Below, one piece after another: positions 1 through 12,070 of a DNA stretch of 64,000 nt; position 1 is the stretch's first letter, and each line of letters begins with the position of its first letter. Origin of the DNA: Malacoraja senta (taxonomy: Eukaryota); assembly GCA_038087875.1 (NCBI GenBank), contig CM075996.1:7752001-7816000 (forward strand). Reading direction: 5' to 3'. A program made the translations under genes and the position numbers. Under the pieces are notes generated by a model. The model had not been told where the DNA came from and made no database searches. It saw nothing but the letters and a program-made list of their open reading frames with translations.

Positions 1-1440
1 TTTCCACCCCCTTATCTCTTTGGCCACGCTCAGCTGCAAATCGGTGTCAATCTGGTGGACCATCTTCCTTTAGTCATGGCGGTGGGGGATTGGGAGGGGC
101 CTCACAAGTGGAACAGCCTAGGGCCTCTCTTCATCTAAATCCGGCACTGGGCACCAAAGCCTGCTCAAATGGTGACTGGTCTCCACACATACGGATTCCC
201 ACGCAGCCAGAAACCTCAAGAGTGTTTAATTGCCATAAGTACCATCAACAGAACAATGAACTTGTCACTTGCTGCACTTTAACAGGCCTGTAAATGCAAC
301 GCACACAAATAATATAGAAAAATCAAAATACAACGAATAAACAACTGTAATACTAGGCATCCATAAATGTGCAAAAACTATAGTTGGCAATGCAAACAAA
401 GACACAGTCCAAAGAAGATCATAGTTGCTGAGGTTAGTATTGTGTAGTGCTTCAGAACTTGCTGTACAAAAGCTTGCTATGGTGGTGTTGGAGCAGAGAT
501 GCAACGCCACTAACTTCATACCAGCAGAAAAGGTCCTATATATGTTTGTGAGGTCCTTACATTTTGTGGCAATGGTAATGTTATAAACCTCAATGGATTT
601 ATGCTGAATTATGCAAGATGTGCCATTAATGTACATACTGAGAAGTAATAAAAACACAGATATATCAACAGGCCAATAAAATGCCTAAATATAGAAACAA
701 GGACTGCAGATGCTGGTTTACACAAAAGGACACAAAGTGCCGGAATTAACTCAGCGGGTCAGGCAGCATCTCTAGAGAACACGGCTGGGTGACTTTTTGG
801 GTCGGGATCTTTCTTCTTGCTTGAAGTACCATATCATTAAGAGAATGCACTCAATTGATCGGTTCATTCGAAACAATGTGATACATAATGAACGATACCT
901 AGTGCACCTTTTTAGAGCTTCACATGCGATATGAGGGAATTTCTTAATCAGAGACCTTACACAACATGATTGTGGTATTCTGTCACGAAATAGAGATCCT
1001 TTTGTTGCCTTGCTACATCTCAGACTGAACATTTACAATTCCCTCCTTTGCCATATGGGTGGCAACCAGAAATAAGAATTTTGGATAATTGAAATGAAAT
1101 GAAAAATGAGGCCCAACCTTGCCCACATCCAGTGTTCACATACATGCAAGCATTCCTAGACAGTTCCTAGTATGCATCATCAAACAATAATCAGGACTTA
1201 AATGTTTTTTCCCCACTTATTTCAGGAGCACTAAGGCTGTTTGTACAATTCTTTTGTTAATCTCACTCAGTGCAAATAGGAAATTAGATGTATGATATTC
1301 TTGGCCTGGTTAACACACTGAGCATTCAGGTTACTAGTCTTTATTGGGGTTTTGCCCTTTATTTTTCTTGATTCTTCTGAAGGTAGTGACTGTTGTTGTC
1401 TATGACTGAATGATCCTAGCGGGGTAAACGGCCAACTTAC

Positions 1441-1529
1441 ATATCCAGCCTAGCTACTTTCTTTGCACCTGGCTACATAGACTGTTTGTTTGCACATTTG
1501 CCTCTGCAACGCTAGAGGCCCAGACGATG
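1441..1529 (-). other. Candidate non-coding exon of a transcript divergent from the TXN2-like promoter
   Basis: Minus strand: pyrimidine-rich acceptor ctttgttttccAG, 89-nt body, donor GTAAGT; stops in all three frames. Confidence 0.3.
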
Positions 1530-2059
1530 CTGGAAAACAAAGTTGTGTAAAACTCCAATAATCCATCACCCTTGCAGCTTTGGTTGTGCCGGACTAGTCA
1601 ACGTTTTAGATTATCGGATGTCATTTCAATGAATACTCGAACACGCTTTCATTTCACTTTTTTAAAAACATGCAGTAGAACAAATAAACCCGGTGAGATT
1701 AACGGGAGTGGGAAATGGGAGTGGGAGCACTACGAACTCCGGCTCTGCTGGAAACCCGACACATTCCTGGCTTCTGGTGCTGTGAAACCCAACCCGGCTC
1801 CATCTGCATACTCGACCTGCACTCTAGACCCCAGCCCTGGCCACGCTCTGTACCCTTGACTCTGTCTATCCAGTCCTCTTACACTCTGGATCCCAGCTCA
1901 AATTGTGCACGAATATATGAGCCCGACCATTAGAATTTCTGAACCATTGGATGCTGTATTATCAGTGTTTTATTGTAGCTAATACTGTATAAATAAATCA
2001 GGGACAAAACCACATATGCTGATTTATTCCACTGTGTCCAGATGAGGAATGGTAAACAG

Positions 2060-2082
2060 CAAAGATCCTATAGCGATCTTTG
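2060..2082. mobile_element. 23-bp collapsed hAT-type element (fused TIR ends)
   Basis: caaagatcctatagcgatctttg flanked by 8-bp direct repeat gtaaacag (2052-2059, 2083-2090); same termini as 15306-15697. Confidence 0.75.
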
Positions 2083-2440
2083 GTAAACAGCACCAGGTCT
2101 CTGATCTGAGTATCAATGTTCGAAATTAAAGAAATTATTTGTGACAGTGTTTGTTTATTGTTGATATAACCATGTGGGTGGCATGGTCAGATGAATGCAA
2201 AATTGAGCTCTTGGACTAAAAAAGCCAATAAAGATTCTATTAAGTTCCCACATAATTCAGTGAATTCCAAAGTGCATCCAAGATGCTTCTTGTCAGAGCA
2301 ATGTGTCATTTAACCTCATGCATTCTTCCCCTCTCATGTGGACAAATTCTTGGCTGAATAAACAGCTGTAGCGAAGAACTAAGGAGACTTAGTGTAACTT
2401 AGAAAACATTTTGATGTGAAGTGAAAACCACAATGGAAAT

Positions 2441-2910
2441 GTGCAGGAAGAAACTGCAGATGCTGGTTTACACCAAAGAGAGACACAAAATGCTGGAATA
2501 ACTCAGCAGGTCATGCAGCATCTCTGGAGAAAAGGAATAGGTGACATTTCGGGTGGAGACCCTTCTTCAGACTGAGAGTCAGGGGAGAGGGAAACTAGAG
2601 GTATGGAAAGGTTGGGGAACAAATCAGAACCGGCACTGACATCTTTTAATACCTTTTTATACCTCTAGTTTCATCTCTCCCCTGACTTTTCATACCTCTA
2701 GTTTCAACTCTCCCCTGACTTTTCATACCTCTAGTTTCAACTCTCCCTTGACTTTTCATACCTCTAGTTTCAACTCTCCCCTGACTTTTCATACCTCTAG
2801 TTTCAACTCTCCCCTGACTCTCAGTCTGAAGAAAGGTTTTGACCTGAAATGTCGCCAATTCCTTTCCAGAAATGCTGCCTGACCCGCTGAGTTACTCCAG
2901 CATTTTGTGC
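2441..2910. mobile_element. Inverted pair of Penelope-derived terminal repeats
   Basis: Arms ~2441-2605 and ~2790-2910 are reverse complements and match the terminal repeat that follows the GIY-YIG frame at 9178-9310. Confidence 0.7.
2659..2818. repeat. 33-bp tandem repeat, ~5 copies
   Basis: Unit catacctctagtttcaactctcccctgactttt; visible as the MKSQGRVETRG repeat in the ORF track. Confidence 0.9.
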
Positions 2911-3259
2911 CTAACCACAATGGAAATGATGTATATTGAGTTATTACAAGGAAAATGCATGATGTTGTCAAGTTGATTTTGAGTGTTTAAACCTAAAAGA
3001 GCATAGAAAAGCTTGGAAGTAATGAGGAATGATCTGCATTAAGTTTAATAGGTAGAAATGCCATGGACTGTGCAATGGGCACTAGTGGTAGTGAAATTGG
3101 TTAATCTGGGAAAAACACACATGGGCAGTCCAATTTAAACTTGCAGTAGAAGATTGACAACGGGATATTAAATATGTTCTGTTTAGTTTAGAGATACAGT
3201 GGGGAAACAGGCTCTTCGGGCCACCTAGTCCGCACCGACCAGCGATCCCCGCCCACTAA

Positions 3260-3684
3260 AGGGCCTGTCCCACTTTCACAACTTAATTCAAAACCTCTGC
3301 CGAGTTTAAAGGACCTAAAAAAAAACAAAACAAGATCGTGGTAATCTACGAACTCCTACAACCTTCCACGAATATGTTCACAAACTCCTACGAGTATGTC
3401 TACCAATTCCCACGACTATTTCGATGCCCGCCTTACGAGTAAAAAGTTGCAATTTCTTTCATCCCAACGATTTTTTTACTCGTGGACATTTTTTATCGGG
3501 CTGGAAAAAACCGCCCCGACTTACCTGATGCCACGAGTACCTACGGCTGGCATAACGAGCCGCTACGATATATCTACGGACTCCTACGACCTCCTACGGA
3601 CTCGTTACGAACATTCTGCGAGTTTGAATCAAGGGGAAAACTCGGGAGAATTCGTTAATAACTCGTGAAAGTGAGACAGGCCCT
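3260..3684. mobile_element. PIF/Harbinger-type MITE inserted in an HE1 SINE 3' end
   Basis: TIRs agggcctgtcccact / agtgagacaggccct, TAA duplicated on both sides; host SINE sequence resumes after the insertion. Confidence 0.8.
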
Positions 3685-4151
3685 TAACACTATCCAACAC
3701 ACACTAAAGACACAACCCTTGTCTCTGTATTATTAGGAAAGTTACAGAATTATTGGTGAAGGTTTGATGCAGAGTCACTAGAATGTAGAAATAATAACTC
3801 TCAGGAATGGCTGGGCAGACTGGGGCTTTCTTCTCTAAAAATATATGGATGATAGAGATCTTCAAGGTAATGAAAGGATTTAGTAAGATAAATACAGAGC
3901 ACGGATGCACAAAATCCATTACACTTGATATTTCTTTTTAGCCCATCCTACTTGTAGAGCTACTGCAAGTGGTGCTAGTACCAAAATGTAGAAACAAGGA
4001 ACTTCAGATACTGGTTTACAAAAAAAGGACACAAAGTGCTGGAGTAATTAGGCAGGTTAGGCAGCATCTCCGGAGAACATGGATATCATGTTATCTGGAG
4101 AACCACCTAACCATGTTCTTCAGAGATGCTGCCTGATCCGCTGAGTTATTA

Positions 4152-4955
4152 AGGGCCTGTCCCACTTAGGCGACTTTTTAGGCGAGTGCAGGAGACTCTG
4201 CGCTCGCCACATGATCGCCACATGGTCACCACATGTTCGCTGGTGGTCTCTGGTGAGTCTCCTTCATGGTCGCGAGGAGTTCCTGCATTCTGGGAACAAG
4301 TTGCCGCCTCAGTATGTTCGGCGCAAATTTTTCAACATGTTGAAAAATGTTCTGCGACCAAAAATTGGTCGCCATGGAGAAAATCGATAATCCTGTAGTC
4401 GTAGGTGCAGTTGTAGTGGGGTCGCCATGTAGTTATAGGTAGTCGAGGTAGTCGTAGGTAGTTTTAGTTAATCGCCTTTGCTGACCGGTCATTTTCATTG
4501 GCTCATTGGGGGAAAAAAAACGTAAGCACGAGTTTTCAGAACCAAGGATAACCGACCGGTAATGTTAAATGCCCGCCGAACTTCACAGCTATGTATCCCT
4601 GGCTTATTAAAAGTTGTCTGGCTTCTTAAAATTGTCTCCACTCCTTCTGCCCCCTTTCCCCCCCCTCTCCCCCCCTCCCCTCTTTTAAAGGACTTACCGT
4701 ACACTGTGCTAGCCGTCTTAACCTTCTTGTTCATCGCGGTGTGTGTCTGTATCACCTTGGCTTTGCACCGTGTGAATTTCAGACAGCGCTCCCCCCGCTT
4801 TCCCTGGCCCCCGCCTTTGCGATGCGTTTGTGTGTGTGTGTGTGTGTGTTTGACTCTGACAGTCGCCGTTCCAGTTCCCGGTTTTTCAGGCGAGTGCCGG
4901 CAACTTGACAGTCGCAGGCAGTCCTCTGAAAAATCGCCTAAGTGGGACAGGCCCT
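4152..4955. mobile_element. PIF/Harbinger-type MITE inserted in a Penelope-derived repeat
   Basis: TIRs agggcctgtcccacttaggcga / tcgcctaagtgggacaggccct; flanks tta/ttg. Confidence 0.8.
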
Positions 4956-5652
4956 TTGCTCTAGCACTTTGTGTCCTAGTAGCCTACTTCTGCTCCACTG
5001 AGGTAAACTGTAATTCTTTATTTAGTTAACTCTGGTAACAGCCCTGTAGAAATTGGTCTCAACCTCTTCAGTCAACATATTTCTGGGACATATTAAGAAC
5101 ATGTACCTGTAATCAATACAGAAGGCCCTGGAAACAGTGAGCAAATCGGGCAACATCAGTAAAGAGGGAAACAGTTAATGTTTCATTCCTTTCAATTATG
5201 TTTTATCAGTGCTTCACTCTCCACAGATGTTGTCCAACATTAAGAGTATTTCCAGGATTTTCTGCTTTTGGTTCAGATTTCCACAATCCATAATATTTTG
5301 ATTTTATTAAATCAGGAGCTAAGCATATCAAGAAATCACATCCACAGGATATCAGGTAAGCAGAAATACCACAATAACGTTTTATTTTATCAGCAGTTTG
5401 ATTTGGAAACTGTTAACAGTAATGGTGGCTTCCGTGAAGTGAGATAGTCAAGTGGATAAAAATGATCATTAAGCTCCATAGGTGAGAGGTTGGGAGTTAG
5501 AATATCCGTTCTTCCAGGATCTTATAGCAATTTTCCCTTTAATAATGCTGCAACAAAACTGAAATCATTCACATTAACTTACAAGCATTTTCTTGTTTTA
5601 TAACAAACTTGTAAAAGTGCGTCATTGCATAATAATAACATTCCAACAGTGA

Positions 5653-5889
5653 AGCCCCTGTCCCACTTGGACGACCTATGCCGACCTTTTTTTACTCGTG
5701 GACAATTTTTATCAGGTTGGAAGAAACGCTGCGACCTACTTGAGGCCACGAGTATGCGGAGACCACTCACGAGCATGAGGAAGAGTTACGAAGACCTCCC
5801 ACGTCCTCGTGGCGACTATGCTGCGAGTATGAGTCAAGGGCAAACTCGGCAGAGGTCGGCAATTAGGTCGTACAAGTGGGGCAGGCCCT
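5653..5889. mobile_element. PIF/Harbinger-type MITE (short)
   Basis: Imperfect TIRs agcccctgtcccact / agtggggcaggccct; interior similar to 10662-11190. Confidence 0.7.
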
Positions 5890-6175
5890 TGTGAAAGAAA
5901 AGTAAACTCCTTAATGGAAGTTTATAGTTTGGTAGAAGATGGGGAAAATTCCGAATTTTTTGCAAACTTATAACACATAAAACTTATAACACATTATGAA
6001 TACATGGAACAGATTTCAATCACAGGAAGTTATTCTGAGCTCAAATGAACTGTTAGATTGTTATTTAGTAATAAATACAAATAAAAGGGAGCTAACAAAC
6101 AACTTGTAGAGGAGTTGAAGAGAGAAACCTGGTGGAAATTTAAAAAAAATTGTAAACGTACATTTTGAGAAGGAA

Positions 6176-6530
6176 TGTTTAAGAAGGAACTACAGATGCT
6201 GGAAAATCGAAGGTAGACAAAAATGCTGGAGAAACTCAGCGGGTGAGGCAGCATCTATGGAGCAAAGGAAATAGGCAACGTTTCGGGTCGAGACCCTTTT
6301 TCAGACTGATGTGAGGGTGGGGGGGGGGAAGAAGAAAGGAAGAGGTGGAGACAATGGGCTGAGGGAGAGCTGAGAAGGGGAGCAGAAAGCAGGGACTACC
6401 TGAAATTAGAGAAGTCAATGTTGATACCGCTGGGGTGCAAACTGCCCAAGCGAAATATGAGGTGCTGCTCCTCCAATTTACGGTGGTCCTCACTCTGGCC
6501 ATGGAGGAGGCCCAGGACAGAAAGGTCAGA
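6176..6530 (-). mobile_element. Penelope-like retroelement 3' fragment
   Basis: Minus strand encodes ...GQSEDHRKLEEQHLIFRLGSLHPSGINIDFSNFR* followed by the terminal repeat; homologous to 8771-9312. Confidence 0.85.
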
Positions 6531-7376
6531 CAGAAGGAATGTTAATTTTGTATAATAGCAGTAATTTAAAAATCTACGATGAGCTGTTGGTTGGACCGAT
6601 GATCTAGAATGTTATTACATCTCCGGGAATTGTAATGTTTTAAAAACAATTTCAAGAAAATGATTCTGTCAAAAACATGAAGACGCAAGTAAAGGCATTT
6701 CAAATAAGAAAATCATTGCTAATTCTTTCCTTTAGGTAGTAATATGAATATAAATTCATCTGTGGGGAAAGTTTAGAAATGTAGAAATGGTAATGTAACC
6801 AAAAATATTGTGTGGTTTAAGTAGGGCATTTCATCAGCATTTCATGAGCATAGCCCTCAGAAATAATTTGGGATTGATAATCCCCTCCCAACAAAAAATG
6901 TGCAACAGTGATATTGAGAAAATGTTTGTATGGAGAACCCAAATATGGAAGTTATAAATATAAATCGAGGTGAGTATTCAGCAGATACTTCTTAGAAGCA
7001 GGGATTATTGAGGTAAATAGCTCAGATGTGTTTAAGGGAAGCTAGATAAACTCACGAGAGAAAGATATATGGATAGATGTAGTGTTAGAGTTAGATGTGA
7101 GCAGAGAGAAGGAGGGGTTGTCACAGACAATGGGTGAATGGTCTGATTCCCTGCTGCCAATGCGCACAAACCTTGTGTTAAACAGTTATTTCCTATGAAG
7201 GCTCACACAGATGTAGCAGCAGGAAATCAGGCTCTGTCTTTCATGCTAACCAGGATTATCCTAGATTGATCCCACACATTTATTAAGTTAACTAAGTCTC
7301 GGGAGGATGTGAATACAGGTGTTACAAGTGCTGTGTTTAGGGATTAAAATCTTATTTTAGGTCACCTTCCATCAAG

Positions 7377-7643
7377 GCACCCGGGTTCGATCTTGATTAT
7401 GGGTGCTGTCTGTACGGAGTTTGTTAGTTAATTTTCCCTGTGAACACATGGGTTTGCTCCGGTTTCCTCCCATACTACAAAGACGTACAGGTTTGTAGGT
7501 TAATTGGCTTTGGTACCAATTGTAAATTGTCCCTAGTGTGCATGATAGTGCTAATGTACGGGGTGAGCGCTAGTTGGCGCGGATGGACTCAGTGGGCTGA
7601 AGGGCCTGTTTCTGTACTGTAACTCTAAACGTAACTAAACTAA
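7377..7643 (+). mobile_element. HE1-type V-SINE (5' truncated)
   Basis: B-box gggttcgatc, V-domain-like ggtttcctccc..caaagac, CR1-derived tail gaagggcctgtttc..ctaaac. Confidence 0.75.
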
Positions 7644-8770
7644 GGTACACAAAAATGCTGGAGAAACTCAGCGGGTGCAGCAGCATCTATGGAGCGAAGG
7701 AAATAGGTAACGTTTCGGGCCGAAACCCTTCTTCAGACTAAACTAAGTAACTAAACTAAGTACTGCTGAAAAGAGAGGTTAAATAGAGACCAAGGGAAGA
7801 CGCATTGGTTCAGCTGTGACCAGAGACTGGTTCAGTCTAGACCCATTCCTTCTATCCATAGGTCCTGCCTGTACCGCTGATTCCTCCAGCATTTTGTGTC
7901 TATCTTCGGTGCAAAACCAGCATCTGTAGTTCCGTCCTACACAAAACTCACTATCACTACAATGAAGGTTCCTGACCTGAAACATCAATAATTTATCTTT
8001 CCACAGGTGCTGACTGATCTGCGGAGTATTTCCAGCATTTACTATTTTTTATTTCAGATTTCTGACATCTGCTGTTTAAAATAATATTTCACTAAAATGT
8101 TTCCAAAATTCATTTGGAAAAGGATGACTGATAATTGCGCAGAGATGAGAGAAGTAAATTAATAGGAATGCTGTATAGAAGCAAGTTCGGAAGTATGTCT
8201 CAATAAAATTAAGATGATGGAAAACACAAATAGAACAATAAAAGAAAACTAAAACACAAACTCCCCCCCCCATCTAATGCATGAAATTCTCAGAAGGGCA
8301 TGTGAAAATTCTCATCAGATTCCAGGAGTTCAGCGGCTAATTCTTAGCCTTCGGCCTCACGAACACTAAATTTCTGCATGTTTTTCATTAATCTCTTGAC
8401 AGTTAACAAGACATTGACAAAATCCAGAAACATCGTGCAAAGAGCTGAATTTTTAGCCATTTATGTAGTTGTTCCAGGAATTCTGTTGACCTGGTGCTGG
8501 AGTGACCCCATGGAGATTCCAAGCAACAATCTCTGTGATTTACTGTATGAATTCTGCTGCGAGCTGTTGATTTTCTCTCACTAATATTTCCTGCTTTTCT
8601 CCTCTTCCAACAAATGTGACTCTCCAAGTGCCACGTCTATGCTGGCACTCTGCCCTCACAACATTGTTTCTCAGTACTGAGTGGAAGTGAAGATTAGAGG
8701 TCATCAAAATGGATGCTGCTCAGTGAACCGTCAGGCTGATCCTATGTAATTCAACACAATTCCAGGCACC

Positions 8771-9312
8771 AGCACCTCCTCCAACCTCATCTATTGCATC
8801 CGCTGCTCTAGATGTCAGCTGATCTACATCGGTGAGACCAAGCGTAGGCTTGGAGATCGTTTTGCCGAACACCTCAGCTCGGTCCGCAATAACCAACCTG
8901 ATCTCCCTGTGGCTCAGCACTTCAAATCCCCCTCCCATTCCAAATCCGACCCTTCTGTCCTGGACCTCCTCCATGGCCAGAGTGAGCACCACCAGAAATT
9001 GGAGGAGCAGCATCTCATATTCCGCTTGGGCAATCTGCACCCCAGCAGCTTGAACATTGACTTCTCCAATTTCCGGTAGCCCTTGCTGTCTCCTCCCCTT
9101 CTCAGCTCTCCCTCAGCCCTCTGGCTCCTCCTCTTCCTTTCTTCTTCCCACCCCCCACCCCCCCCCCCCCACCCTACATCAGTCTGAAGAAGGGTTTCAG
9201 CCCGAAACGTTGCCTATTTCCTTCGCTCCGTAGATGCTGCCTCACCCGCTGAGTTTCTCCAGCACTTTTGTCTACCTTCGATATTCCAGCATCTGCAGTT
9301 CCTTCTTGAACA
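8771..9312 (+). mobile_element. Penelope-like retroelement 3' fragment with GIY-YIG endonuclease domain
   Basis: 8771-9079 translates openly to STSSNLIYCIRCSRCQLIYIGETKRRLGDRFAEHL...KLEEQHLIFRLGNLHPSSLNIDFSNFR* (GIY-YIG with CxxC insert typical of PLEs; no start codon, so absent from the ORF track), followed by the terminal repeat. Confidence 0.92.
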
Positions 9313-10661
9313 CTGAATATGAGAGTTGAGTTTGTAACAACACAATCCAAGGAACCAGAAGTATGCTGTACAGAAGATTCAAGTTTCTGCTGAATTGGCA
9401 TACATCAGGTAGCAACACGGTAGAGTAATAATCAAAGTAAGATCCTGCGGATGCTGGAAACACGAACTAAAAATAGAGACTGCTGGAGGGGAAATACAGA
9501 GTTAATGTTTCATTTAGACTGGGTTTGCACTATTCATTATAGCAAAGTGCATTTACACATTATCTTTAACATTGAGAAAAATTTGCCAGAGGTTTTACAG
9601 GGTGAATTGAGTTACGTGATCAGTACCTTGATTGAAGAGATATCTCTTGAAAAGACTTACAAAAGGTCAAATGAAAAATGTGTGTATTTAAGAAAGGAGT
9701 TGCAGTACACAGATCCAAGTGGGCAAAAGACTTTGCCACTGGAGGTAGGGGAGCAAAATGACGTGCATGAGCCCAGAGTTAGTGAACTCGAGGAAGCTGA
9801 AGAGAATTTAGGTTCTAAAGGTAAATGAGGAAAGACTATGCTGGGATTGATACATAGAACGGAGAAAAGTACAGAACAAGAACAGGCCCTTCGGCCCACT
9901 GTCGATTGAAAATACTAGTTCTGCCCAACTAATCTTCCACAGAAGACATTGAGTTGATGGCAAAAATGAATGTGTTCAAGTTACTGGTGCCTCAGTTGCA
10001 AAGGTTCCTGTCTTATGTGAGACAGGTAGTCTGATGATCATGAGGTTGAGTGAATGGAAGGGACATGAAGAAACTTGCAAGTTGAGCTCACATCTATAAA
10101 AGATGTTCTTGACAAATGGTATGTAGAAAGGAGGAGTAAGGGCCAAAAATGAAATCTTGGAATGCACCAAAGATGTCTGAGCACTAACAGGTCAACAACT
10201 CTTGGATCACAGCAGGAAATTATCTGCGGCTTGGGAGAAGACAGTGTTAGGGTCAGATGTACACTTGCTTTGCAGCTGAATAGCCAGGCCGTACTGACAA
10301 CTTAATTTGTCATATAAAGTATTGAAGGGAAGCCAGTAGCGTTATCATCACATTCCCACCATCTAAACAAAGATGGGAAGAGAATCAAATGGGGAACTTT
10401 TCCCAACTCTGGAAAATAATTGGTAAGATTTATGCAAATGTTTTTTTTAAATCTGCTTGTTTTCTTATATTACTGTACTCATCACAAATATATTGAATCA
10501 ATGACATTATTTCCTAACATTTCAATACACAATGAATATGCATGATATTCTGTGTGATGTAACTATTGTTGACCTAACAAGCTTATGCACATTAATTGTG
10601 TGGCGTAGAATAAAGGTATGCTGGTTTACACAACGAGCAAGCACCATTTCTGAAACAATAA

Positions 10662-11190
10662 AGCCCCTGTCCCACTTTCACGGCCTAATTCACGACCTCT
10701 CCGAGTTTGTCCTTGACTCATACTCGCAGCATGGTCTCAACGAGGTCGTAGGGAGGTCTTCGTAACTCTTCCTCATGCCCGTGAGTGGTCTCCGCGTACT
10801 CGTGGCCTCAAGTAGGTCGCGGCATTTTTCCAGCCCGATAAAAAATGTCCACGAGTAAAAAAAAGGTTGGCATGGAAACAATTGATACTTTTTACTCGTA
10901 GGTAGTCGTAGGTAGTCGTAGGTCGGTAACTTGCCCGAGAGAAAAAAAAGCAAACATGACTTCATTTTATCATGTGATCAGTTTCCACTCGTAGCTTGTC
11001 GTAGTTGGTCTTAGGTGTGGAAGACTGAGGTCGAGGGGGGTCGTAGGAGGTCGTAGACATAGTCGTAGGTCGTAGACATAGTCATAGGAGGTCTTTTACT
11101 TTGGCGAGTCAACACGACCGTGACATTTTTTTCAACTCTTCTAGGGTCTTCTAAACTCGTGGATTAGGTCGTCCAAGTGGGACAGCCCCT
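10662..11190. mobile_element. PIF/Harbinger-type MITE
   Basis: TIRs agcccctgtcccact / agtgggacagcccct, TAA on both sides, internal gtcgtag repeats. Confidence 0.8.
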
Positions 11191-11504
11191 TAACAATTTC
11201 CATTCAAGACTATGCAATCCATGGTTTTACATCCATAAGTTTGTCCTTGAACACTTTAGCTGGGCGGGTAGAAAACAGACCTTTTAGAAACGGAACTCGA
11301 CATAAAACAATAAATCTTTAGCCTTGTTGATATTAGCTGTCAGTACAGTTCACATTAATCACCAGTCATCGTTGTGCATTTTCTGTCGATAATGTTTATT
11401 TGTGCATAGTTCTAGAGGGTGTGCTTCCTTCAGTGAGCTGTCAATAAGTTATAGTTAAACTCCTCACCATTAACCCAGGAGCAAAATTGGGTTTTAAATC
11501 CTTT

Positions 11505-11910
11505 CTTAGGCCCCTTTCGGTCGTGGTTGACCATGTGTGTCTCCAGGGTGCTATTCCCATATGGAGGACGCCTGTGCTTGACTTTGTTTAACAGTGGAGA
11601 GACTGGTGCACAGATAGCCACCCAAGGTCCTTGACAGATCTGGGTCAGGATCCAGTGGCATGGAGTCCAAGATGACCGGAGACCCTTTTCTGCCTGCAGC
11701 CTTCATCCGCCTTCCCAGCCATTGTGACGTTCCACTAAGGTCAGCCTGTTCCACCGTTGAGGTCTTGGTTGGATTGCTCTTTGTCAGAGCCCCCCCCCCT
11801 GGGACCTTACCGCCATGGGTGGCCGTACATGGAGCATAGCTCCAGAAGTCATCATTCTCGGGATCTCAGGTCCACACACACTTCTCCACCACGACAAGGT
11901 GACAATCCAC
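11505..11910 (-). mobile_element. RTE-related non-autonomous element/SINE
   Basis: Minus-strand 5' motif caccttgtcgtggtg and ctctgacaaa resemble RTE/BovB 5' ends; shares ccacgacaagg with 46900. Confidence 0.5.
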
Positions 11911-12070
11911 GGAAAAGTACATTCTTCACTAAGTACATCCTTTACTAATTGGGAAATACCTTCACACCTCCTCTTTCAAAGTAGGGAGGGAAGGTGTAAT
12001 TGTGTTTGGGAAGTTGGCAGGGAGGAGCTCACAGACCTACATCATGATATCATGCTGTCATATAGGGGGA

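Noticed and set aside
2659..2818. CRISPR-like regular repeat
   Set aside because: Head-to-tail units without unique spacers, in eukaryotic DNA
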